A model generated the notes under the pieces. The model saw only the letters and a program-made list of their open reading frames with translations, had not been told where the DNA came from and searched no databases. A stretch of 64,000 nt of DNA from Hemiscyllium ocellatum (lineage: Eukaryota), in the NCBI RefSeq assembly GCF_020745735.1, contig NC_083435.1, forward strand, positions 11,129,201 through 11,193,200. The letters are read 5' to 3'. Position numbers and translations under genes: made by a program. The stretch's first letter is position 1. Every line of letters begins with the position of its first letter. Shown piece by piece: positions 11,206 to 23,430 of the stretch.

Positions 11206-12444
11206 CTAAAAAGGAAAAGGACATTAGTCAGTAAAAAGCTTTATACTGCTAGTAATCATACAGATTTACGTTAAATATGTTTTTACCACTGAGCACAAAT
11301 CTGAGAAAACCTTGATTATCTAATCAGGGATCCACAGGAAAATTGACTTTAACCAGTCATAGAAACATGGCAGAAAATCTCCATTCCCCAGTCACATCCC
11401 CTAATCATTGATCCTGGTCCTTTCACCTCTTAGCAGAACAGATCGAAAAGAATAGGAACTCTGAAAACACATGACTTGATGGAGGAATTCAAAATTAAGT
11501 TTGGCATTTGAGAGGACATGAAAACCTCCATGATTGATAGAATGAGCTGGAAGGCCAGAACCCAGACAGGGAAGGGGAGGCCAATAAGGAACAGTCACAA
11601 ATTATTCAAGTGAAGAATTGTGGAGAAATTCCTTTGCCCAGAGAGCAGTCACATATTCAGAATTGCTGTCACATGTCAAGGTTGAGACAGGAATTTGCAA
11701 TCCATTGATAGGGAGGCTTGATGTCCACATGAGGGACAGGGAAACAGGGGGACAGACTGCAACGTGAGCAGTTTGTGTGGTGCATAAAGACCAGCAGGAA
11801 CCAGGAAAACTAAGTGGTCTGCATTGGTCATTTACATCAATGTGCAACTTACTTTATTCTGGAACTGTTTCCCATTACTTCTGATCTGCTAAGCTCCCTA
11901 ACTCCCCATCTGCTTCAGTTTCTGTTCATTACAATGAAAAGGCAGGTTTGTTTTTGTGGGTTTGGTGTCCATTGAGGGAGAGTCAGGAATCATTCCAAAT
12001 TGGACAGAATGTGTGCAGCTCAGAAATGAGCCATCAATCCTGATACTCAGTGCTCCAGTAAGTCACCTCCCAACCTACTTCATCAAACTGTCTTTTCCCT
12101 TCAGCTTTTAAGTTTATTTGGCTTCCCCTCAAATGCAATGATGCTAGTGAGTTCACCATTTTCTGGGTGAAGCCACTTCGCTTGAGTTCCTGAGTGGATT
12201 TATTACTGACTTTCTCACATTTATGGACCTTGGTTCTGGTCTCAGCCACAAATGGAAATACAGTCTCCACTTCTACCCAATTGAGCTTTTGCATAGAGAA
12301 CCTCGATCCAGTCACCCCCCTCAGTCTTCCTGAAACTACAGTGAAACAGTTCGCTCTGTACGCACACTAAATTAGGAAGATTTTCTCCTTTGACCTGCTC
12401 TGCTGCCGAATAAACTCATGGATGACTTGAGCACTCCAACCAGG

Positions 12445-13975
12445 TAAAAACAATGACTGCAGATGCTGGAAACCAGATTCTGGATTAGTGGTGCTGGAAG
12501 GCACAGCAGTTCAGGCAGCATCTGAGGAGCAGTAAAATCGACGTTTCGGGCAAAAGCCCTTCATCAGGAATACAGGCAGAGAGCCTGAAGCGTGGAGAGA
12601 TAAACTAGAGGAGGGTGGGGGTGGGGAGAAAGTGGCATAGAGTACAATAGATGAGTGGGGGAGGGGATGAAGGCGATAGGTCGGGGGCGGGGGGAGGGTG
12701 GAGTGGATAGGTGGAAAAGAAAATAGGCAGGTAGGACAAGTCAGGACAAGTCATGGGGACAGTGCTGAGCTGGAAGTTTGGAACTGGGGCGAGGTGGGGG
12801 AAGGGGAAATGAGGAAACTGTTGAAGTCCACATTGATGCCCTGGGGTTGAAGTGTTCCGAAGCGGAAGATGAAGCGTTCTTCCTCCTGGTGTCTGGTGTG
12901 AGGGAGCGGCAGTGAAGGAAGCCCAGGACCTCCATGTCCTTGGCAGAGTGGGAGGGAGAGTTGGAATATTGGGCCACAGGGCGGTGGGGTTGATTGGTGT
13001 GTCCTGGAGATGTTCCCTAAAGCGCTCTGCTAGTAGGCGTCCAATCTCCCCAACGTAGAGGAGACCACATCGGGAGCAATGGATACAATAAATGCTATTA
13101 GTGGATGTGCAAGTAAAATTTTGATGGATGTGGAAGGCTCCTTTAGGGCCTTGGATGGAGGTGAGGGAGGAGGTGTGGGCGCACGTTTTGCAGTTCCTGC
13201 GGTGGCAGGGGAAGGTGCCAGGATGGGAGGGTGGGTTGTAGGGGGGCGTGGACCTGACTAGGTAGTCACGGAGGGAACAGTCTTTGCGGAAGGCGGAAAG
13301 GGGTGGGGAGGGAATATATATCCCTGGTGGTGGGGTCTTTTTGGAGGTGGCGGAATATCAGCGGATGATTTGGTTTATGCGAAGGTTGGTGGGGTGGAGT
13401 CTGAGGGCGGAGGTACGTGATGTGGACGAGATGCGTTGGAGGGCATCTTTAACCATGTGGGAATAGAAATTGCGGTCTCTAAAGAAGGAGGCCATTCGGT
13501 GTGTTCTGTGGTGGAACTGGTCCTCCTAGGAGCAGATACAGCAGAGGCGGAGGAATTGGGAATACGGGATGGCATTTTTGCAAGAGGTAGGGTGGGAAGA
13601 GGTGTAATCCAGGTAGCTGTGGGAGTCGGTGGGTTTGTAAAAAATGTCAGCGTCAAGTCGGTCATCATTAATGGAGATGTAGAGGTCCAGCAAGGGGAGG
13701 GAGGTGTCAGAGATGGTCCAAGTAAATTTAAGGTCAGGGTGGAATGTGTTGGTGAAGTTGATGAATTGCTAAACCTCCTCGCGGGAGCATGAGGTGGCGC
13801 CAATGCAGTCATCAATGTAGCGGAAGAAGAGGTGGGGAATGGTGCCAGTGTAATTATGGAAGAGCGACTGTTTTACGTAGCCAACAAAGCGACAGGCATA
13901 GCTGGACCCATACGTGTGCCCATGGCTACCCCTTTGGTCTGGAGGAAGTGAGAGGATTCGAAGGAGAAATTCCAC
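12445..13975 (-). mobile_element. 5'-truncated Penelope-like retroelement (RT C-terminal half, GIY-YIG endonuclease, terminal repeat), disrupted
   Basis: YACRFVGYVKQSLF...HLFFRYIDDCIGATSCSREE (RT YIDD motif); GTFPCHRRNCKT and GIY-YIG-type segments. Near-identical to 54985-55875. Confidence 0.92.
12536..12571 (-). ncRNA. Minimal type I hammerhead ribozyme motif (Penelope terminus family A), core intact
   Basis: AUUC-CUGAUGA-A-GGGC(UUUU)GCCC-GAA-ACGU-C-GAUU: full core, palindromic ACGU stem III, GUC cleavage triplet, weak stem I. Confidence 0.65.
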
Positions 13976-14039
13976 CCTCCTATCCAACCTGATAACACTT
14001 CCTCTCCTTGCTCTCACTAACCTACATACCTTTGTCTTG

Positions 14040-14540
14040 AGACGAAAATTCAAGAACTCCACCAGAAGAGGAAACATCCTTTCCAAATTCACTCTGTCAG
14101 GACCCTTCCGGATTTTGCATGTCTCAGTCAAGTCATCTCCAAAACTCCAGCAGATACAAGCCCAGATTGTACAACTATCCTTGAACGACAACCCCTTTCC
14201 TTCTTAAAATTCCAGTTATTTGTCTAGTGAACGTTTTCTGAACTATCCCCAATGCACTTACGCCATTGCTTTAATAAAAGAGAGACTGATACTTACAAAG
14301 TAGTTCAAACATGATCTCACCAATGACTTGTACAACTGAAGCATAATTAAAATCTCTGCTTTTAACACTGTACCTTACTGACAAACTCTCACTTTTTTTG
14401 TCCATTGCACTCCATCCTGTGATAAGGAGCCTGTGCACCATGTTGGAGCAGCAAGAATTGAATGCAGCCAGTTTATTTGTTCCAAGAGTGTAATGTGAAA
14501 GAGGTTTTTCTGAACAGAGGAAGCTATTAAATCTTTTCAT
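14040..14540 (-). mobile_element. Decayed CR1 3' region
   Basis: Reverse complement matches the CR1 RT C-terminus (LYKSLVR.., GDLTETCKI..GPDRVN). Confidence 0.65.
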
Positions 14541-15479
14541 GGAAGCTGGGCATCATCAGCTACGCCAGCATTTATTGCCCATAACTGCCCAGAGTCAATC
14601 ACTTAACTGTGCTGGGACAGGTGTAGACTGGATCAGCTAAGGATGGTTGATTTCCTTCCCTAAAGGACATTTGTGAAGCAGATGGGTTTTTACAAGAATT
14701 AACAGGCATTGTTAGGCTCGATTTTTAAATTTGAATTCAAAATTTGACCATGTGCAATGGTGGGATTTGAACCCTCAGTCCTCAGTTTTCGATTGAGGCT
14801 CTGGCTTAAAGTGACTTTACCATTAGCAACTGCCACATTGTTTCCCTTTCTGTACAGACTCAGTTGACCAACTAGATCACCTGGGTCTCTGGATAACCAG
14901 TCAGTGATAAGACTACTAAGCCTCTTCCTGCCAACTGGTAACAAATCAGTTTTAAAATCAATGGTGGTTGAAGAATAAACATTGGCCTGGATCGAACCAC
15001 CTTGTTTTTCTTTAGCATAATGGCCATGGAATATCATACATCCCTGAGGGGGGGGGGGGGGGGGGGGGATGTGAGACAGGGTCTTGGTTCAAATTCTCAC
15101 CGAAACGCACTACCTCATGGTAGCCTCTTACCTAGCTCCTTCCAGTAAGTATCTAGACAAAAAGTAAAAGGAACAAAATTACTCAGTGTCAGGGTCACAG
15201 ATATCCCTTCCACACCTCCCTTTACCCAATGCACTAACCGAACACACTCAAATGGACAACCATGGGGCATTTACATTTTTTCCTGTAATGTCAGAATGGT
15301 GCCGATTTATTTTGGTTTCATCACCTGCTGGTGCAGTAGGACACAGCACACAAAGATCACGTGATGATCATTCAGGGCCGGTCAGCTGACATTGTCAACA
15401 AGATGCAGAGGAAGAGCAGGCATGTGGAAACTCAACAACATTGACATCCAGACTTTTCACAGCTAATGGCGTACTTTTT

Positions 15480-15750
15480 GAGGTGCAGACATTGCTGGAG
15501 GAAACATGCTTCAATCAACATTTAGCAGGACACAGGGAGAACTCTCCAGCTGTTCTCCCAAATAGCCAGATCCTTGGGATCTTTTACATCCACCGACAGA
15601 CCTCAATTTAACATCTCAAGGTAAAGGTGACAGTGACAGTGTAGCACTGCCTCAGTACTGCATCTTGAGAGTCAGTCTCGATTTTCTCCCCATGTAGTAG
15701 AGTTGGACTAGAACCTTTTGGACTCAGAATGCCACACTCGAGTCACAGCT
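15480..15750 (-). mobile_element. Deu-domain SINE (SacSINE1-like); other copies ~34560-35060 (-), 38490-38640 (+), 54300-54605 (+)
   Basis: Reverse complement gives ggatgtaaaagatcccaagg...ctatttgggagaacagctggagagttctccctgtgtcctg, the Deu-domain pattern. The 54.3 kb copy ends in gaaaggcgctatgtaaatgca. Confidence 0.6.
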
Positions 15751-16719
15751 AACACCTAGGTGTGATCCCAGGAGTAGGAACATGGCTGCTTGCCAAAGTC
15801 AGAAGCACAGAGACCACAGGGATATGGAGTTAAGGGAGTGAATATTGCCGATACCAGTGTCCTCTGCTGGAACAAGCTTGACCGTATGTTCAGAACAAAT
15901 TCCAAACTGCCCACTATTGAGGGGAATTGGGGGAATTATCCATCCATCATATCAAGCACAATAAAGAATGACAAACCCTCTCTTCCACACTTATTTACAA
16001 TCCTTTTGCCGGAAGTCTTACCCATTTGGTTTGTGAGTTTCGCTGCAAAAACAAAAGGACATAACATTTTTTCAAAAAGCAGAAACTACCTCTCTGATTT
16101 GAATCATGCATTTTTAAATGTGTTTCAGGAACTTCCTGAGGATTTAAACCCAGGGATCCCAGGAGAAGGATCCGACAAAAGCTGAGACAGCTATTCCCAT
16201 CCACACGCTCACTCCCATTGCACATCGCTACTTTGATCAGCACTTGATTGGCTATGTTTCACATCACTCAGACCCCAGATGGCCTAACCCGAAAATATAG
16301 TAGAGCACCGCGGATGCCGAAATATAAACAGGAATTGCAGGAGAAAGATAGCAGGTCTGGCAGCGTTTTTGGAGAGAAAGCAGAATTAACATTTCAGGTC
16401 CAGTGACCCTCCTTCAGATCTGTCACCCTCCTCTGTGCATTTCCAACCATTTTCAACAGAAAATGACAGCAGCAGGAGTTTTAATTGAGTAAATGTGCGG
16501 TGTGGCGAAGATGGTTTAAAAACAATACTTAAAAAAGGTACAACGCAGCCCTGATTCTGGCACAATTGGATTCCTCCTGGGAGAGTTACATTAAAATTGA
16601 CCAACTCCCCTCTGTCCAGTGCCCCCAGGACTGTTCTGTTCTCTATCATCTGTCTCACTTATTACAAGGCCAGGAAATTGACAGCAATGCTTTCAGAACA
16701 TTCAGGAATGTTTGCTTAC

Positions 16720-16746
16720 CATTTTCGGATTTCTTCGCCTTATACT
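16720..16746 (-). CDS. Butyrophilin-like micro-exon 2 (27 nt, EYKAKKSEN)
   Basis: tgctgtttttgtattttAG|agtataaggcgaagaaatccgaaaatg|GTAAGC; phase 1-1. Confidence 0.8.
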
Positions 16747-17139
16747 CTAAAATACAAAAACAGCACAAGTCACTAAAAGAAACAGATTCGATAGAAGCAA
16801 AGCCCACTGATCCTCATTCGAGTGCCTCTGATTTCGACAATGCAACATTTTCCAGACTGGCTCCTGTTGAACATCCTTCCTAGGCCTAACATTTGTCAGT
16901 CCCACTGACGAGCTCCATCTAGCTCTGTCCCAACATCAAGATATAACTCCAGGTTGAAACCCCAGCGTCTGACTGAGACAGGGCACAATAGCAAGGAGGT
17001 GGTGTTGAACTTACCAAAGAAACAAGGCCAGTTTCAGCTGCAGTCCAGGACCTAGTTCTGAGCACCACACTTTAGGAAGGACATGAAGGCATTGCAAAAA
17101 AATGCAGAACAGGTTTAGAAGTGTGATCCCAAGTGTTCT

Positions 17140-17810
17140 TAGAGTCATCAAGATGTACAGCATGAAAACAGACCGTTTGGTCAACTCATCAATGCCGGCC
17201 AGATATCCTAAATTAATCTAGTCCCATTTGCCAGCACTTGGCCCATATCCTTCTCAACCCTTCCTGTTCATATACTCATCCAGATGCCTTTTAAATGTTG
17301 TAATTGTACCAGCCTCCACCACTTCCTCTGGCAGCTCATTCCATACATGCACAACCCTCTGCATGAAAAAGCTGCTCCTTGGATCCCTGTTAAAGTTTTC
17401 CCCTCTTACCCTATGCCCTCTAGTTCTGTACTCCCCCACCCCAGGGAAAAGACTTTGTTTATTTACCTTATACACGCTCCTCCTGATTTTATGAACCTCT
17501 GCAACGTCACCCCTCAGCCTCTGAAGTTCCAGGGAAAATAGCCCCAGCCTAATTCAGTTTCTCCATGTTGCTCAAATCCTCCAACCCTGGCAGCATCGTT
17601 GTAAATCTTTTCTGAGCCCTTTCAAGTTTCACATGGTTGTTGTGAGACCAGAATTGCATGTGATATTCCCAAAGTGGCCTGAGCAATGTCCTGTACTGCT
17701 GTAACATGACCTCCCAACTCCTCCACTCAATAGTCTGACCAATAAAAGTAAGCATACCAAACACCTTGACTATCCTCTCAACCTGTGACTCTACTTTCAA
17801 GGGGCAAGAT
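17140..17810 (-). mobile_element. CR1 LINE 3' end (RT C-terminus plus 3' UTR)
   Basis: EVMLQQYRTLLRPLWEYHMQFWS...KLERAQKRFTTMLPGL and FFMQRVVHVWNELPEEVVEAGTITTFKRHLDEYM. Confidence 0.92.
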
Positions 17811-18079
17811 TAAGCGGGAGCAGAGTTAAAATAATTTGTCAAAGCTGCAGAAGAGACATGAAGGAATACCATTTTTATCCAGTGAGTGGTTAAGGTTTGG
17901 AATGCACTGAGATAACCGAGAAGGCAGGTTTAATTGAGGCTTAGAGGGGAAATCAGACACTTCTCTGAAGAGGGATAATGTGCAGGGTTACAGGGAGAAG
18001 GTAGGAGAATGGCAATAAGGCACCTGCTCCTTTGGACAGCAATCACAATGTGTCAAATGGCCCCTCCTGCACTGTTACA

Positions 18080-18480
18080 AGGTCTGTAATCCTGTGTCCC
18101 ACTGTCCCAGCCAGGTAGTGGCATATGTGTGCATGCGTGTGTGCATCGGCATCTGACCCACTGTCATCCAGCCCCTAAGGCAAGGGAGAGGAAAGGACAG
18201 TCTGTGACCCATTGTCCCATGCAGTCCCAGAGGCCAGGGCGAAAGGACAACGTGTGACCCACTGTCCCATCCAGTCCCAGAGGCTGGAGGGAAAAGGACA
18301 GTGTGTGACCCACTGTCCCATCTAGTCCCACAAGCCAGGGGGAAAGGACAGTATCTGACCCACTGTTCCACACAAGGTGGGGATAAAGGACAGTCTCTGA
18401 CCCACTATCCCACCCAGTCCTGCGAGGGTGTGGGTGAAGAGAGAGAATGACAGTGTCTGACCCACTGTCCCACTCAAATC
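18080..18480. repeat. ~50-bp minisatellite with an internal inverted repeat (ggacagtg-N7-cactgtcc) in each unit
   Basis: Units start at about 18195, 18245, 18296, 18346, 18388, 18449; perfect 8-bp stem at 18296-18318. Confidence 0.85.
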
Positions 18481-18609
18481 CCAGTAGGCGGGTCGGTTTG
18501 GGGGGTGGTGGTGGTGAGTATGAGGGGTGGGTGCTAAGAGAGTGACATAGCCTGGCTCCCCAAGATTGTTAACAGCAATATAAAGTGTAAGTCTCTGTTT
18601 CCTTCTCAC

Positions 18610-18636
18610 CGTTTACTGATGGCCGTGCAGTTAGTT
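18610..18636 (-). CDS. Butyrophilin-like micro-exon 1 (27 nt, ELTARPSVN)
   Basis: (ct)n-ctcttccAG|aactaactgcacggccatcagtaaacg|GTGAGA; phase 1-1. Confidence 0.8.
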
Positions 18637-19308
18637 CTGGAAGAGAGGAGAGAGAGAGAGAGAGAGAGTCATCAATATTGGTGAGTGTGGATTATCAATC
18701 AGGTGACAGATATTCAACATTAACATATCGTTGACACATTGTTCCAGTCTCCCCTTCAAACACCTCAGGCTGTACAAAGAGGTGGGGGCTGATTTGTAGG
18801 TGAGGGAAATAACAGGGAGACAGAGTTGGTTATCTGGGGGTGAGGAGGTTTGGGAAAAATGTATGTATGGCCTACAGAAGATCACGAAGCAGTAAACAGA
18901 AGGAGATTATTAGAGCTCTCTCTGTCTTCGAACTTAAGCGGACCTTCCCTTTCATTTTCTTTCACAAGCGATAGGCCTTGCTGCAGCATTATTGCCCACA
19001 ACGAGGTTGTGTCGTGTTATCCTGTTGAGCCACTGCAGTCCTTGAGGTCTGGGGACTCCCACAGTGCTGTTCAAGAGGGAGGTCCCAGATTTTGACCCAG
19101 TGACAACGAAGGAATGGCGAATCTCTCTGAGTCAGGGTGGTAAGCAGCTTGGAGGGGGACGTGCAAGTGGTGGTGTTCCTAAGCATCCGCTGTCCTCACC
19201 ATTCACAATGGTGTTTGGGTTGGGCGGAGAAGGTACATAACAACAACATAACCCCATTCAAAATCAAAAATAATTAGGTACCCATGGTCACAATGCATAA
19301 TTTCCTAC

Positions 19309-19428
19309 CTCGGATGTATTTCTGTTGTCTCCTGAAGAAAAAAAAGAGGCCAGCGATGACCGCAAAGATGCCAAAGAAAATCAAGAGAAACATGTAAAGC
19401 CAAATAGATGTCACGGGATAAAATTCAT
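19309..19428 (-). CDS. Butyrophilin-like transmembrane exon
   Basis: DEFYPVTSIWLYMFLLIFFGIFAVIAGLFFFFRRQQKYIR: hydrophobic helix followed by basic stop-transfer residues; tttctccAG acceptor, GTAGG donor, phase 1-1. Confidence 0.93.
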
Positions 19429-20114
19429 CTGGAGAAAGAAAGTGGAATGAAATTATTGCAAATACATTATACCGACAATAAGTCAGATGCTCTAATCCCG
19501 CCCTCATCTTTTATCCTACCTGCCGACCCCATCACCATTGAGTAAAGGGGTTTGCTGGAACAACTAATGGTCCTGAGTGCCTGTTCCTAACCCACAGTTG
19601 GGGTTCCTGCTTTTACAAAGCACCTGTTTTGAAGTAAATGTTTCAGAGCAGAGATGATCAACCACCAAGTAATGTAAAGAGATAATAGGTCTGATGACTA
19701 AAAGCTTGTTCTGATAAAAGGGTATTGAGAAGCAGCTTAAATTTAAAATAAAGGAATGTGAGGCAGAGGGCTAGTAATATTTAGAGGGGGAATTTTGGGG
19801 GCTGGGGCACAAGCAGATGAAGGCACTTTCACAGGAGGGAGCACGATGAAAATCGGGGGATGGACAACAGGCTAGAATCAGAGGAGAGCTGAGGGTTAGA
19901 GAAGGTGGAAAGGTTTACAGCACACAGGTCATTGAGACTGGAAGAAGGTCAGAGTGGGTCAAGGAGCAGTCAATGGCGATGAGTCACTGGAGAAGAATAT
20001 TGTCAGGAAGGATTGCGGAGGCGCAGACAGGACATGGAGGAAATGAAGAAGTTATACACAGTTGAAAATGCAGTGCTTCCCATCATGAAAACCAGTCTTC
20101 CTTCCAATTAATTA

Positions 20115-20456
20115 TGGGTGGCACAGTGGCTCAGTGGTTAGCCTCACAGTTCCATGGCCTCACGTTTGATTTCAGCCTCAGGCAATTGTCTGTGTGGTGT
20201 TTGCACATTCTCCCAGTGTCTGTGTGGGCTTCCTCTGGATGCTCCAGTTTCCTCCCACAGTCTAAAGATGTGCAGGTTAGGTGAATTGCCCATGTTAAAT
20301 TGCTCATAAAGTTCAGGGATGTGGAGGTTAGATTCATTAATCATGGGAAATGTAGTGTGATCGAGAAGGGGATTGGGTTTGGTTGGGATAGTCTTCGGAG
20401 GGTCGACGTGGACTTGTTGGGTCAAATGGCCTGTTTCTACACTGTAGAGATTCTAT
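20115..20456 (+). mobile_element. HE1-type V-SINE
   Basis: gggtggcacagtggctcagtggttag head, full body, cctgtttctacactgtagagattcta tail. Confidence 0.9.
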
Positions 20457-20509
20457 GGTGACTCCAACTATATTTCCTGCTGTCTCGGTAAAGCAGTCAA
20501 CACCTAAGA

Positions 20510-20800
20510 CCAATTCCTGCCCTTTTACAGAGAGTTCCATCAGGCAGAAGACACAGAATTTTGAAAACATGCACCAACAGATCCAAGAACACCTTCTTCC
20601 CAGCTGTTATCAGACTTATGAACAAATCTCTCACGTTAGAGTTGATCTTTCTATGCACCTTCTCTATTGCTGGAATACAATATTCCATATTCTGTTTTAT
20701 TACCCTGATGTACTTATGTAAGGTAGAATTTGCCTGGTTAGCTTGTAAAACAATAATTTTCACTGTATTTCGGTATGTGTAACATAATAAATAAAATCGA
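20510..20800 (+). mobile_element. Rex1/Babar-like LINE 3' end
   Basis: PSGRR.RILKTCTNRSKNTFFPAVIRL motif and cactgtatttcggtatgtgtaacataataaa tail. Confidence 0.7.
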
Positions 20801-20972
20801 AGCTCACAGTGATTAGAAAAAAACAAAAGTTTTGTTATCCCACTTGTTTGTTTTAAGGACAGCAAATGTTTTATAGATTAGCACATCGCAATGGGACGTT
20901 GGCTGGAGGGAACGCCAATGATAGTGTACAAGGTCATACAAGCAGGCACTCAGAGAGATAAAGCTCACTTAC

Positions 20973-21251
20973 CTGGGACATAGAACGTTGCACTGACTGC
21001 CTTGTTCAGTATGTCGCTTTGTAGCAGACAGCTAAAGGTGTTCCCAGAATCACTGGTCACATCAATGTTGTTCTTCACGGTGACTAAGCTGTTCTCCTCT
21101 GTTCCTGGCTGTTCATGCTGTGTCAGGATATTACCTTTCTCGTTGCTCCACTGCACTATGGGTGAGGGAAACCAGTTCTCGGACTTGCACTGCAGCTGGA
21201 TTCCGCTCCCCGTGTACTTGTTCAAATTGATTGTAGGCCATTCTCCAAAAC
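20973..21251 (-). CDS. Butyrophilin-like IgC exon
   Basis: FGEWPTINLNKYTGSGIQLQCKSENWFPSPIVQWSNEKG...VKNNIDV...NTFSCLLQS: BTN-type C domain (C-x-S-x-x-W-F-P-x-P...W; FSC); AG/GT, phase 1-1. Confidence 0.95.
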
Positions 21252-22799
21252 CTGCCAAAGCAATTAGACTCAGTTCTTTTCAAACAAAAAAATGAGGCTA
21301 CAGGATAGAGGATCTCAGAAAACGTCAGCCCCACCTTAGTAGGTGGCACCCTCCCTCTTTGAGTCAGAATTTCATGGGTTCAGATCCCATGTGGTGATTT
21401 GTCACAATGGTGCAGGGTATTAGTGAGACCAGCGTATGGTGTTCAGTTTTGGTTCCATGCATGAAAGTGGATATACTTGCATAGGTCGGGGAAAGGTACA
21501 CTGAGTTGATTCCCAAAATGAGATACTAGTTTCCAAGGAGAGGCTGAGTTGGCTGGGTCTGTTATTCCTTGCAATTGAGAAAAAAAATGAGCGGCGACCT
21601 CAGCTTTTAAATGCAAAAGAACATCTCCTCAACACCGTCTCTATCAAATACTCCCAGGACAGGGACAGCACAGGTGAATACAGTGAGGTTTGGGGTGGGG
21701 GGAGATGTAATGACCTCCCTACTTTTCAAACCTCAAAGTTCTCCTGACACTGCGCCCATCAAACACTTCCGGGACAGGGACAAGGAGGAGTTAAAATGCA
21801 GAATAAAACCTCCCTGTAGTCCTTCAGAGAGTCCAAATATAAATAACAGTGAAGCAGGGGCAAGCAGTGATGTAATTGAAACGCTGGATTTGAGGTGGCT
21901 TGACATGAACAGATGCTGAATGGGCATCCCTAGCCCCAGCTCATTCTGTTAATATGGAAATCCAGAACCTGGGCACAGTTTCCAACAAAGCAGCCTCCTA
22001 TTTACAGCAGAGAAGAGTAGTTTGTTCTCTCAGAAGCTCATTATCCTTTTAAATTTGCCTCTCCAGCAATCAGTGCAGGCTGGTACGTTGAACTTTCATA
22101 TCCGAAACAGAAACAGATTAATACTGGAAAGACACAGTAGCAATCGTGGAGTGTGAAACCAAGTTAATATTTTGAGTTCAGTGATTGTTCGGCGACTTCA
22201 GCTTCCAGTTGGAAGCAGGTGGGACATGCAGCCTCAATTTCAGATACAAGCCTTACGTTCACGTACCCAAAGACACACCAGGGTGGGGGGAAAGGGGGTT
22301 GGAAGCTGAAAGAAACCAAGAATAATGGATTACCCTTCACTTAGATGAACACAGCCTCCTGCAATGCTCAATAGCATCCAAGCCAAAGCAGCCCAATTAC
22401 TTGATACCCCATCCAGCCTCTTCAACAAGCATTTCCTCCCTCACTGATGCACAGCAGCAGCAGTACATATCATCTCCAAGAATGCACTGTAGTAATTCAA
22501 GGGTCTTCCAACAGCACCATCCAAACCGCTGTCCTCTAAATCCTGGAAGGACAGGGGCAGCAGATGAATGGGAACAACACGATCTGCAAGCTCCCCTCCA
22601 AGATATACCATCCTGACTTGGAAATATATCACCACATCTTGACTGTCACTGGGTCAAATTTCTGAAGCTTCCGTGCCCACCCTGTCCTCCCCCTCATCCC
22701 CCCTACTCCCCTCCCCCAACCCTGTGGTTTCCCTACATCCGAAGGCCCAGAGTGGTTCATGAAGGCATGCCCAACTGGTGATGCCCACTCCCTGTAAAA

Positions 22800-23165
22800 C
22801 GTTCAAAATTCCGAAAATAGGGGCAGGAGTACATCACGTGACCCTTTGAGCCTATCCAATGATTCTACATGATCATTGCTAATTATCCATCTCAGTTCCT
22901 GCTTTTCTCTCCCATACCCTTAGGTCCCTGTAGCCTGAAGAACAAGATCTAACTCCTGCTCAAAAACACACAATGTTTTAGCCTCAACCGTTTTCCGTGG
23001 TAGAGCATTCTACAGGCTCACCACTCTTAGGGTGAAGAGATTTATCTCGATCTCAGTCCTACAAAGCTTACCTCATGCCTTTAGACTGTGACCGCTGGTT
23101 CTGGACTCCCTGCTTATAGGGAATATCCTTCCTGTGTTGGCCCTGGCCTGTCCTGTTAAAATTCC
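22800..23165 (-). mobile_element. CR1 3' end
   Basis: aataggggcaggagtac...tttgagcct... 3' UTR pattern and RT C-terminus on the minus strand. Confidence 0.65.
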
Positions 23166-23430
23166 ACAGCCCAACCAACCCACTTTGCCGAATCCCAGCA
23201 TTTTGCATGGCTAATCCATCTAGACTGCACATTCCTGGACACTACAGGCAGTTTAGTATGGCCAATCCATCTAAGCTGCACATGTTCCGACAGTGGGATA
23301 AACTGGAGCACCCACAGGAAACCCATGCAAATACAGGGAGAATGTGCAACTTCCATACAGACAGTTGCCTGAGGCTGAGATCGAACTCAGGTCTCTTGTG
23401 CTGTGAGGTAGCAATGCTAACCACTGAGCC
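23160..23430 (-). mobile_element. HE1-type V-SINE
   Basis: Reverse complement begins gtggctcagtggttagcattgctacctcacagc. Confidence 0.88.

Noticed and set aside
14262-14285. Possible fifth BTN micro-exon (strong GTAAGT donor)
   Set aside because: It lies inside a CR1 fragment; the good acceptor gives a 7-nt frameshifting exon, and the 24-nt alternative has no pyrimidine tract.
18296-18318. RAG recombination-signal-like heptamers (gacagtg/cactgtc) in the 50-bp repeat
   Set aside because: The critical CAC start is absent on one arm and there is no nonamer at 12/23 spacing.
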